From a virus (taxonomy: Duplodnaviria; Caudoviricetes), in IMG/VR virus record IMGVR_UViG_2974506496_000001, positions 64,001-128,000 of that record: 64,000 nucleotides of DNA; one strand, written 5' to 3'. Both the position numbers and the translations under genes were made by a program. Of the stretch, positions 46,374 to 55,234 are shown one piece after another. The notes beneath the pieces are model-generated. The model did not search any database, was not told the origin of the DNA, and saw only the letters and a program-made list of their open reading frames with translations. Position 1 is the first letter of the stretch. Each line of letters opens with the position of its first letter.

Positions 46374-47171
46374 TTATTTGACTTCTTTTGCCAACTTCAC
46401 TGCAGTGTTGTTCAGTGCCGTTCCTGTTGAAATGAACAGGGTATGACAAACACTATAGAGATCAGCCGCACGGGCCGTAGACAGCAGCGTCTTCGCCAGG
46501 TTGTCGATATCAGCCTTACTGAGTACCAGTTCGCCAGACTCAATCTGACTGAAGACCAGATCAGACAGTTCCGCCACGCGTTTCACCGCCAGGTTGAAGT
46601 GGTAGATCTGCCCACGCTTTAACATCGCCACGAGCTTATTAAAGTCAGTGTAGACGTTGGTGAATTCCGTCAGGTTCGGGAAACGGGCGGCGAAGCTGAT
46701 ATCAGTGACATCTTTTCCACCCAGCGATTTACCCAACATCGCTTCCACTTTACCCAGGATAGCCTTGTCCACGTTCGGGGCGTACGCCACACTGGCATTA
46801 CCCGCAGAGACACCCGCGAGCCAGGAGTGCAGCTTACTGATGTGGGTCGACTCCAGCATGGTGCAGAAAGCCCGGGCAGTGGCCAGGTTCTCAACCCATT
46901 CCTGATAGCTGACATTCAGACGCGCCGGTTGATAGATCATGCGATCCATGAAGTCGGTGTAGTTGTGAGATGCCAGCGCTTTGGATAACGGGCTGAGGTC
47001 AGCGGTGATCAGATCCTGTGCAGCACCATACGCACGATCACTGAAGAACTTCTTAATACCATCAAAGAAGTTGCGGATGGGGGCAATAATGTTTAATGCT
47101 TCGAGGCCGGCACCGGTTGACTCACGCAGTTCCTGGTAGTCGGCTTCGAGGTTTTCAATGTTGTACGACAT
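46374..47171 (-). CDS. Probable virion (head) protein
   Basis: N-terminal AGLE protease-type site; 265 aa. Confidence 0.55.
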   Translation of the reverse strand: MSYNIENLEADYQELRESTGAGLEALNIIAPIRNFFDGIKKFFSDRAYGAAQDLITADLSPLSKALASHNYTDFMDRMIYQPARLNVSYQEWVENLATARAFCTMLESTHISKLHSWLAGVSAGNASVAYAPNVDKAILGKVEAMLGKSLGGKDVTDISFAARFPNLTEFTNVYTDFNKLVAMLKRGQIYHFNLAVKRVAELSDLVFSQIESGELVLSKADIDNLAKTLLSTARAADLYSVCHTLFISTGTALNNTAVKLAKEVK

Positions 47172-47252
47172 ATGTACTCCGTGAGATAAAAGTAATCTGT
47201 TACATAAGATGACTTATTATGAAGGTATTATTAATTAAAAGGACCGCACACA

Positions 47253-48638
47253 ATGTTGTCATTCGGTGAATTTGTTGAGAAGTCACGCCCTATTCGACCT
47301 TTCTTGAATATCGGCGCGGGCTTTGATATCCCAACCGGTAGCTATCGTTTCGGTAAGCACGGTGAATCTATTCTTAATGGTGGTCTGGCGCCATTCATTG
47401 CGATCGTTGGTAAAGGCAACACCTTTAAAACAGCGATCGGTTGTTTCATGATGACCCGCGTGCTGGAGCGCTACAATAACTCTAACGGTCTCCACTACGA
47501 TACCGAGTGTACGTTCAGTGCCGATCGTCTTACCAGTCTTACCAGTCGTCTGGGTCCGAATGCTGCTGCAGAGTGGCTGGCCAACGAACGTATCTACCTG
47601 ACTGATGACTCCATCATTAAAGGTAACCAGTGGTTTAAGAAATCGGTGCAGGAATACTCCGAAGCGAAGAAGAAAGCCAAAATGGGCACGCTGCCGTTTG
47701 TGGATAAAGATGGGAACTTAATCCCGTATCCATACCCGACAGTCAACTTTGGCGATTCCATGTCTGAGATGAAATTCGACGATCTGGAAAAGAACTACGC
47801 CAAGATGGAAATCGGCCAGGGTGAAATGCAAACGGAAGCCATGCGTGTGTCGAATGCCAAACGCATGTTAATCGAAAAGACCCAGGGTTACGCCAACGCC
47901 GGCGGCATGTATGTCATCATGACAGCGCACTTAGGTAAAGAGCTGAACATGGACGGCAAACCACAAGAGAAGAAAACCACCTTTATGAAACAAGGTGACA
48001 AAATCTCTAAGGTGCCTTCACAGATCCTCTCTCTGCCAAACAACGCCTGGGAGATCTCTACCGGTACGGTGTTGATTGATAAGAACACCAAAGAGTGGAT
48101 GTACCCGAAACAGGGTCGTAATGACGTGGATACCAACGGTAACCCGGACATGATCACTCTGGTGGCGAAGAACCTGCGCGGGAAGAATGGTCCGTCTGGT
48201 GTGCCGTGGGAATTCGTGATGTCACAGTCTGAAGGTCTGCTGCCGTCTCTGACTGAGTTCCATTACATTAAGAACAACGGCCGTTACGGCCTGGGTGGCA
48301 ATGACCGTAATTATTATGTTGAATTGTGCCCAGATATCAAGCTGCAGCGCACCACCGTGCGTGATCGCATCGACGACAACCCTGAGTTACGTCGGGCATT
48401 AGAGATCACCATGGAGATGTGTCAGATGCGTTTCCTGTGGCACACCCGCGATCCAAAGTACAACATGACTCCTCAGGAACTGCGTGAAGGCCTGGAGAAG
48501 AAAGGGTACAAATGGGATCAGTTGCTCAACACCCGTGGGTTCTGGACGTTTGAAGAAGACAACCATCCATTACCATTCTTAAGCACAATGGATCTACTCC
48601 GCATGTATCATGATGAGTATCGCCCATACTGGCTGTAA
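47253..48638 (+). CDS. uvsX: UvsX/RecA-like recombinase
   Basis: GKGNTFKT Walker A, YDTE, DS Walker B, K.LRGK.G; context typical of phiKZ-like phages. Confidence 0.85.
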   Translation: MLSFGEFVEKSRPIRPFLNIGAGFDIPTGSYRFGKHGESILNGGLAPFIAIVGKGNTFKTAIGCFMMTRVLERYNNSNGLHYDTECTFSADRLTSLTSRLGPNAAAEWLANERIYLTDDSIIKGNQWFKKSVQEYSEAKKKAKMGTLPFVDKDGNLIPYPYPTVNFGDSMSEMKFDDLEKNYAKMEIGQGEMQTEAMRVSNAKRMLIEKTQGYANAGGMYVIMTAHLGKELNMDGKPQEKKTTFMKQGDKISKVPSQILSLPNNAWEISTGTVLIDKNTKEWMYPKQGRNDVDTNGNPDMITLVAKNLRGKNGPSGVPWEFVMSQSEGLLPSLTEFHYIKNNGRYGLGGNDRNYYVELCPDIKLQRTTVRDRIDDNPELRRALEITMEMCQMRFLWHTRDPKYNMTPQELREGLEKKGYKWDQLLNTRGFWTFEEDNHPLPFLSTMDLLRMYHDEYRPYWL

Positions 48639-48718
48639 GTGTACCCACTGTGGGAGAGGGTTATCCCTCTCCTTCTTATACCGTCAGTAGAGGGAAATAA
48701 GCTAATAGGAAGCAGTAT

Positions 48719-49138
48719 ATGCTTAACAAAGAAATACGCATTGTCGTTGCGTCGACTAAAGGTTTCAACGACGCAGAGCGTTTAAAACTGACTATTGACG
48801 GCCTCCTGGAAGATATCTATTACCTCAACGAAGGGGTAGGTGATGAGGACGAGGAGTTGATCACTGATGCCAAGATCGTTTTCATCACTAATGGCGAACA
48901 CAAAACAGCGGCTGAGTTGCTGCCTGGCGTGTTGGGTGATCGGAACATCGACATCGAAGTGATCAAGGTTGATTGGTCAAAAGGTAAGAAAGCGTTTTTT
49001 GATAACTGCGCTGTATTGGGTGCGAAGTCGACCCACGGCGTCATTTTTACGGACAGCAAAGATGACGGGATGCAGACACTGCTGAAAGCATGTCTCGATG
49101 CCGGCTCACGCGTTCGTACTTATAGCTCTGCTATTTGA
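48719..49138 (+). CDS. Degenerate SLOG (DUF2493/YspA-like) protein
   Basis: IVVASTKGFND..., DWSKGKKA, GVIFTD; colinear with C-terminal domain of 49629..50510. Confidence 0.55.
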   Translation: MLNKEIRIVVASTKGFNDAERLKLTIDGLLEDIYYLNEGVGDEDEELITDAKIVFITNGEHKTAAELLPGVLGDRNIDIEVIKVDWSKGKKAFFDNCAVLGAKSTHGVIFTDSKDDGMQTLLKACLDAGSRVRTYSSAI

Positions 49139-49599
49139 GAAAGGTAACCCCCATGATAGCCTCAGAAGCTCACGTTAGTATACTTGACGTTAATGTCACC
49201 CACGTTATATGCACAGTTAATTGCGAAGGGCATATGGGTCGTGGCATAGCCTTGTATCTGCGTAAGTGTATTCCGGGGCTATATGAGCGGTATAAACACC
49301 TGTGCAGTTTAGGGATCATCACGGTAGACAAACTCTGGATCTACCCATCACACCCCCGTCAGATTCTCTGCTTTCCAACCAAAGATAAAACCTGGGAAGA
49401 CAGCAAGCTTGAATGGATCGAAGCCAATCTCATAAAGCTTCGTGACAACTACAAAACAAAAGGCATTGTCTCTGTGGCGATGCCTCCTCTTGGATGTGGA
49501 AACGGTAACCTAAAGTGGGATGAGGTGCGGAGCCTCATTTATGCCATCTTGGGTGATTGTGACCTTGAAGTCCACATCTGTTTAGGTAAACCGAAGTGA
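49135..49599 (+). CDS. Macrodomain, DarG/TARG1-like ADP-ribose hydrolase
   Basis: TVNCEGHMGRGIA, FPTK..W..S.LEWI, AMPPLGCGNG.L.W. Confidence 0.88.
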   Translation: MRKVTPMIASEAHVSILDVNVTHVICTVNCEGHMGRGIALYLRKCIPGLYERYKHLCSLGIITVDKLWIYPSHPRQILCFPTKDKTWEDSKLEWIEANLIKLRDNYKTKGIVSVAMPPLGCGNGNLKWDEVRSLIYAILGDCDLEVHICLGKPK

Positions 49600-49628
49600 G
49601 GGAAACACCCTGAATAGGAGCCAGTATT

Positions 49629-50510
49629 ATGTCTGATAACGCACGCGTTTTACCCGATCCACGCGAAGATGGCAAGACGCACATCAACGTCTATAGCCGT
49701 GGCGCTTCCTGGTTAGGACAGCAACTTTCTAATATGTCCTACTACGACTTCGCACATCCACGCTACGGCGTGTTCGCCTCGTTGGAGGGCTTCTGGTATT
49801 GGTTGTCTACGGGCAAGCAACACGAGGAGTTACGGAAGCTTGCCGGGGTCAAAGCGAAAATGACCGGCCGGGAGTTCGAGACGATCCCAAATGAAAACTT
49901 TGAAGAAGAGTTCAAAGAAGCCATGCGTTTGCGTCTGGAGCAACACCCGATCATCGCCAATGCCCTGGCTGAATCGTTACTGCCGTTAAAGCACTACTAT
50001 TGTTACGGTGGGAAAGTGATCGACTTGTATGACCGCCACAAATGGCAAATGGACTTCTACGAGGAGTGGCGTAAAGCCAATGCCCCCGAAGACACCACCT
50101 TGGTATTGTTGATCTCTGGCTCACGTAAAGAGAAAGACTACGACGCCTTTAAGCACATCGTGATGACCTACCTGCAACCGTATATCGACAAGATAAAGGA
50201 CACGTACAAAATCACCCTGCTTTCGGGGCTCGCCTGGGAAGGTCCCGATGACATGGCAATTCGTCTGTGTCGGGAAGAAGGCTTCATGTTGATTGGTCTG
50301 CCGGCTAAGTGGAAAGAGCAAGGCAAAGCCGCGGGCATGATCCGCAATGGTGCCATGGGGCGGTTGTGTAACAAGGCTTTGGTGTTCTGGGATGGCGAGT
50401 CACCGGGGACAAAAGGGATGATTGATTACCTGAAGAAAAATACTATAGACCATCTTGTGTATTTACACGGTAAACATGAACCTGACTGGAAAGCCCCGGA
50501 GACATCATGA
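49629..50510 (+). CDS. NADAR-like domain fused to SLOG (DUF2493-like) domain
   Basis: N-half LSN...F.....FASLEGFW..L; C-half ISGSR, LSGLA.EGPD, GKAAGMIRN..M, FWDGESPGTKGMI. Confidence 0.7.
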   Translation: MSDNARVLPDPREDGKTHINVYSRGASWLGQQLSNMSYYDFAHPRYGVFASLEGFWYWLSTGKQHEELRKLAGVKAKMTGREFETIPNENFEEEFKEAMRLRLEQHPIIANALAESLLPLKHYYCYGGKVIDLYDRHKWQMDFYEEWRKANAPEDTTLVLLISGSRKEKDYDAFKHIVMTYLQPYIDKIKDTYKITLLSGLAWEGPDDMAIRLCREEGFMLIGLPAKWKEQGKAAGMIRNGAMGRLCNKALVFWDGESPGTKGMIDYLKKNTIDHLVYLHGKHEPDWKAPETS

Positions 50511-51181
50511 CCCCAGCACGCGAACAGACCCAGCAATTTGTGATCGAGGCTATTGCTGAGATTCTCCCCGGTTCTAAGAACCGGGATATCTATATCGACT
50601 TCTTCTCGCGGTTGAGCGATGAGGCGTTTGATGCCCTGATGCAGCGGATGGATGAAGACCAGGAGATCTTCCCCTTCTACCATCCGAACTTTACCGGCAC
50701 GGTAATTGATGTTGAACGTGTGATCAAGTTAATTGAAAAGCACGGCGACACCATCATGGAGCAGCTCTGGGATATCGACCCGGAAACCGGACTGCAGTAC
50801 CTGACTCCATTGAAGTATCCGGTGCTGTTACTTCCGCTGCGTATTCAGCAGCAGAAGCTGCAGAAGAAGATGTCGATTCCAAAAGACAACAACCACATCG
50901 ACGATCTGACTAACCAGCCCACCACCGAATCCAAAGGGGCTTCTTTGTCTTACCCGGAAGTGCAGATCATCTATGCCATGGGTGGTGACAAGATTCTGGA
51001 AGAGACCATGAAGGTCCGTGGTGGTGATGAGAAGGCGTTTCGTGATTACAATAACGAAATCATTGCAAGCGGCGGTGTCACCATTGGTGCAATCAGCAGC
51101 AGCAAGACCAAGGTGAAGTCCACCAAAACCGTGCAAGTGATTCTTGAGGCCATGCACCTGAGCAACAACCTGGCCAGTTAA
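50507..51181 (+). CDS. RNA polymerase beta subunit C-terminal part (split phage RNAP, probably virion type)
   Basis: LTNQP...SKG..LSYPE....AMG...LEETM.VRGGD matches the RpoB C-terminal signature. Confidence 0.8.
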   Translation: MTPAREQTQQFVIEAIAEILPGSKNRDIYIDFFSRLSDEAFDALMQRMDEDQEIFPFYHPNFTGTVIDVERVIKLIEKHGDTIMEQLWDIDPETGLQYLTPLKYPVLLLPLRIQQQKLQKKMSIPKDNNHIDDLTNQPTTESKGASLSYPEVQIIYAMGGDKILEETMKVRGGDEKAFRDYNNEIIASGGVTIGAISSSKTKVKSTKTVQVILEAMHLSNNLAS

Positions 51182-51190
51182 GGATGCAAC

Positions 51191-51751
51191 ATGAGTAGCT
51201 TGATAAACAACCTGACCGGTAAAAACAAAGTTGAGTTCAGCCCGATTGATCTTGACAGTGAAGTCGAGCGGGTTGTCTCTGAGTATGTCGGTACATACTT
51301 ACGCAACCGTATCTTTCTGGCAGCACAATCGAAGATACCGGTGAATGAAGACCCAGGGTATCTGCAGATTGTAAACTTCTTGGCGTTGGTGAACATGGAG
51401 TTCAACCATATGCGCATGTGGTCTACGTCCGACATGACCAATACCGTCTGGCCGCAGATCGTTGAAGATGAGTATGTGTTGCGCTTTGTGTTTAAAGGCA
51501 CTACCCATGTCAGTGTGCGGTGCTTTGATGGCGATGTACCCTTTCAGAAACTGGTCGACCATGTGGCCGGTTCTCTAAGCTGCATGTCGCACGGCGGAAA
51601 TGAAATCATCGCAGCAGCGTTAACCCAGGTCCTGCCACGCAATGACGAACTGGTTGAGCTCTTTACCGGTAACCAGTGGTCGTTGTTCATTTATTACCTG
51701 ACGCGCATTAACATCATTGAGATTGTGACCAATTCGGGAGGTAGCGTATAA
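51191..51751 (+). CDS. Hypothetical protein
   Basis: Operon with RNAP gene. Confidence 0.7.
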   Translation: MSSLINNLTGKNKVEFSPIDLDSEVERVVSEYVGTYLRNRIFLAAQSKIPVNEDPGYLQIVNFLALVNMEFNHMRMWSTSDMTNTVWPQIVEDEYVLRFVFKGTTHVSVRCFDGDVPFQKLVDHVAGSLSCMSHGGNEIIAAALTQVLPRNDELVELFTGNQWSLFIYYLTRINIIEIVTNSGGSV

Positions 51752-52479
51752 TGGTGGGCGGAGATCGTATTGGGTGTTACGTCCCCCTGGATGCTTTGTT
51801 GGATACCCGTATCGGGGTCATTGATCAAGTGGCCGGGGAAGTGGGACTGGGGTTGGTTGAGTCGTGGTACCATACTCGTACGGCTGATCGCTTTGACCGA
51901 AAGGGTACTGCGTTAACGCAGGCGGCATATCAGGCAGCCTGGGCCGCCCGCAGTGAAGAGACCTTAAAGCGTACACGCATGACCTTTGTGCCGATGTACC
52001 TGATGAACCTGATCAGTCGCTTTAACACCTCACACGGCATGCCGATCATGGCCGCAACCTACAACATCACGGTGAACACGTATCCGTATCGGTTATCCGA
52101 TGAGCGTAAAGAGCAGCTGCAAAAGATCATCGAAACGTACACGTCGGGCATTGCTGAAATCACCATTGATTACATCAGTCCAGCAGACCTGACTGTCGAG
52201 TACGTGAAGGCGAACTACTCCGTGTGCATCATGTATGAGTTTGATGAGTGGTTGATGTTGCATAAAGACGAGTTCAGCCAGACCCAGATGCCCGGGACCG
52301 TAATCCTGGCACCTAAGTTGTATCTGGCGGATGTGGGGGAAGATGTGATTAAGCGGGCAGAGCAGACCGATGGCTTTGCAGGCCTGAGCCTGGCACTCTG
52401 TGCATTGGTGACAGTGGTGTTCCTGGATGTAAGGTTGTTCTCTTATGTCACAGACACACCACCGAATCTGGATGAGTGA
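51751..52479 (+). CDS. Hypothetical protein
   Basis: LDALLDTRIG N-terminal motif; coupled start. Confidence 0.7.
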   Translation: MVGGDRIGCYVPLDALLDTRIGVIDQVAGEVGLGLVESWYHTRTADRFDRKGTALTQAAYQAAWAARSEETLKRTRMTFVPMYLMNLISRFNTSHGMPIMAATYNITVNTYPYRLSDERKEQLQKIIETYTSGIAEITIDYISPADLTVEYVKANYSVCIMYEFDEWLMLHKDEFSQTQMPGTVILAPKLYLADVGEDVIKRAEQTDGFAGLSLALCALVTVVFLDVRLFSYVTDTPPNLDE

Positions 52480-52959
52480 TTACTTCTTTTCGCCGCCTGG
52501 GTTCATGATATCATCGTACTCGATGTGTTCACTGCCTTGACGGGTCTCACCTGCTTTAAACTCCGGGACCGGTAACTGACTGGCATCCGGGGTTGGAGCA
52601 GGGACGGCGGCAATCGAGGTGTCTGCACCTTCACCACGCAGGGCAAAACCACCGGCAGCCAACACTTGCTTAACTGCACCGATGATAACAGCACCTTGCG
52701 CTTCGTCGTTCTCTTGGGCTTTCTGCTCAAGGTCAAGACGTTGACGGTTAATGATTGATTTGTCGATATCGCCCATCGCGGTCAAGGCGATCTTCAACAT
52801 CTTCGGGTCTTGTCGGGAGGCCTTGATGGGAGCACCGGACTCAGAGTCCTTCTCATCAAGGATATCTTCGACAATCCCTAACCGTCGCATTTGCATACGA
52901 CGCATCAAGGCCGCATCGTCTAATTCATAATCAGCCATGAGGCCTCCAGAATAATTCAC
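52480..52959 (-). CDS. Hypothetical protein
   Basis: GGAGG RBS before internal Met (MADYE). Confidence 0.7.
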   Translation of the reverse strand: MNYSGGLMADYELDDAALMRRMQMRRLGIVEDILDEKDSESGAPIKASRQDPKMLKIALTAMGDIDKSIINRQRLDLEQKAQENDEAQGAVIIGAVKQVLAAGGFALRGEGADTSIAAVPAPTPDASQLPVPEFKAGETRQGSEHIEYDDIMNPGGEKK

Positions 52960-52960
52960 A

Positions 52961-52979
52961 CCTACATTATCTAGGTGAT
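52961..52979 (+). promoter_or_regulatory. Putative phage promoter (variant)
   Basis: CCTACATTAT CTAG GTGAT. Confidence 0.6.
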
Positions 52980-53003
52980 CGTAGTGTATTAAAAGGAATC
53001 GTT

Positions 53004-53534
53004 ATGCGCTTTTTTAAAAAGCTTGCACTCAAACGATGCATGGCGATGTTGCGTGATGCGAAGCACGATACCTTCACCGCGCAAGAAAGCATGAACGTTC
53101 TACATGTGCTTGATACCGTGATTTCCACGGACGGCATCATAAAATATTTCGATGTTCGGGTTTCGCTCTCCATATTGATGGAAACACAACTCCCCAATGC
53201 CATGGCGATGCTGGACTTGATCACCGAAATAAACAAACACATTCAAAAGGATTTGGATGCCACGTTACCGGATCACGGGACACTATTTGCTGAGTTTCGT
53301 GATCTGCGAGTCTTAAGCTTATATGACTGGTTATCTGATAGCGCGGGTCGAGTAGTAGATGCACCACACTTTTACCAACTGTTCATTGATCAGTTGAACC
53401 AATTAATTACCGTTATAGTGAACTGTGAAGACCAGGCAACCCAACAGTATTATCTGCGTAGATTGCAACCGCTCTACAACGAATTACTGGGAACAGTGTA
53501 TGCGGCGTTACACTGCGGAATGCTGAGTCTCTAA
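53004..53534 (+). CDS. Hypothetical protein
   Basis: AAGGA RBS. Confidence 0.7.
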   Translation: MRFFKKLALKRCMAMLRDAKHDTFTAQESMNVLHVLDTVISTDGIIKYFDVRVSLSILMETQLPNAMAMLDLITEINKHIQKDLDATLPDHGTLFAEFRDLRVLSLYDWLSDSAGRVVDAPHFYQLFIDQLNQLITVIVNCEDQATQQYYLRRLQPLYNELLGTVYAALHCGMLSL

Positions 53535-53545
53535 GGAGTTATCAG

Positions 53546-54010
53546 GTGTCTGACAAGAAAAAACCAAGGGATCAATTGACGGAGATGTTAACCGATCCGA
53601 CAAAGCGGTCACGGCAGACCGCGCATCCGTTGGTGAGGCTCTGGCGACAATTCATGGCACGGGAGCTCATCACTCCTTCCAAATGGGGTGCCTTGATTGC
53701 CGAGCACATCACTCGATTGCGACAATACAAAGAAATGGATGTCCAGGCTGTTGGTACCGAACGGGGTAATTTAAAGAAAGCGTTTATTGAAAAGAACACC
53801 ATGTCTTTTTCGGCGTTTCAACGTGGTTTACGTTTCCTGGGTTTTGCCAAGGTCACGATCATCGTCATTGCAGAACGACCTAATGGTGAGAAGGTTGAAG
53901 AGCGTGTCGAGATTGAATTAATTAAGCGTATGTTTACAGCAGGAACACCGCCAGCCACACCGCCGACAGAGAAAGATAAACCCGATTCTGATAAACCGCC
54001 TGAGAAGTAA
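53546..54010 (+). CDS. Hypothetical protein
   Basis: AAGGAG RBS, GTG start. Confidence 0.7.
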   Translation: MSDKKKPRDQLTEMLTDPTKRSRQTAHPLVRLWRQFMARELITPSKWGALIAEHITRLRQYKEMDVQAVGTERGNLKKAFIEKNTMSFSAFQRGLRFLGFAKVTIIVIAERPNGEKVEERVEIELIKRMFTAGTPPATPPTEKDKPDSDKPPEK

Positions 54011-54076
54011 AGACGATACTATAGAAGATGGGACTTCGGTCCCATCGCTATTCCCTTCTTTTTTTTTTGTTGAGGT

Positions 54077-55153
54077 TTGATCATGGCTGGAGTGGATATT
54101 GGGCAATCGATTCAAAACTCGATTAAGGCAGCAGGTTCAGTAACAACCAACGCCGTGAACAAAGTTCAATCAACTTTTGTCGGAGGCGTGAAAGAAGACC
54201 TGGCATTAATCGATGCCAAAGCGAAGTCAGCGGTACAAACCCTGAACTCGTTTAAAGATACCCAGATTGGTGCGATCGATGGCTTTATCAAGAAAGTCTC
54301 TGGGGGTGCGCTCAGCATCTCTGAACTCTCGAGCATCATCGACGTACGCAACGGGATCAGCATTGACTACCAGCGCCTCTATCGTCGACTAGGGGACGCG
54401 GCGGGTTTCCCGATGGATTCAATCATTGGGATGACAGCTGATCTTAAAATGGAAGTGGCGAATCTCCTTGATGCCTATTCCAGCAAGAACTACACCTACC
54501 TGCTTAATAAAGCCGGGGTGAAGATCGGGGTCAATGACTCGAGTTATCAAGCGGCACAGTTGATTGCTGGTGTGATCAGTAAGATGTCCAAGTCGGACTC
54601 TGACTTTAATACCATGGTGGATGAAGCAGCGCAACTGGCGCTGTTAAATGTCATGGTGCGTAATGCGGTGCAGGTCGGACTCTGGTCAGGGATTGATACC
54701 TTACTGGGTCAGTACACTGATAAAGCAGCTGGTATCACCAATCTGGCGACCTGTGCCCAGATCTCGATTCGGGGCGGGGATGTCTTTACCACCAAGTACA
54801 TCATTGACACCGTCGGGATTGCGCGGGTCACTGCACTGAACACGGATTTCCTGACCGACATGTTACGTTACTTTAAGTTCAAGAGTGATGTGACTGCGGA
54901 TCAGTACGCGAACTATCTGGCAACGTTGACTTACTGTTTACAGCAGGCCGAAGCCGATTGGGCGTATATGCAGTTCGGTACAGTGCGGGCATTACGGTTA
55001 AAGCCGTTCACCAATGCGTCAACGGATGCGATCACTCTGTTCCAGCATACTGACGAATACCGTCAGCACGTCATGATTGCCCGGACCTATCCACCTCGTG
55101 ATCTGATGGATTTACTGAAACAGAATTACCCGTACATGGCCGTCGTGCAATAA
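54077..55153 (+). CDS. Putative virion structural protein
   Basis: 358 aa ORF next to tail genes. Confidence 0.55.
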   Translation: MIMAGVDIGQSIQNSIKAAGSVTTNAVNKVQSTFVGGVKEDLALIDAKAKSAVQTLNSFKDTQIGAIDGFIKKVSGGALSISELSSIIDVRNGISIDYQRLYRRLGDAAGFPMDSIIGMTADLKMEVANLLDAYSSKNYTYLLNKAGVKIGVNDSSYQAAQLIAGVISKMSKSDSDFNTMVDEAAQLALLNVMVRNAVQVGLWSGIDTLLGQYTDKAAGITNLATCAQISIRGGDVFTTKYIIDTVGIARVTALNTDFLTDMLRYFKFKSDVTADQYANYLATLTYCLQQAEADWAYMQFGTVRALRLKPFTNASTDAITLFQHTDEYRQHVMIARTYPPRDLMDLLKQNYPYMAVVQ

Positions 55154-55234
55154 CCAACATAAGGAGAGGGCAAACGCCCTCTCCTCTATGTCGTCTTTTT
55201 TTTTGGTTCTAAATTAACTTAAGTGTTACCTTCT

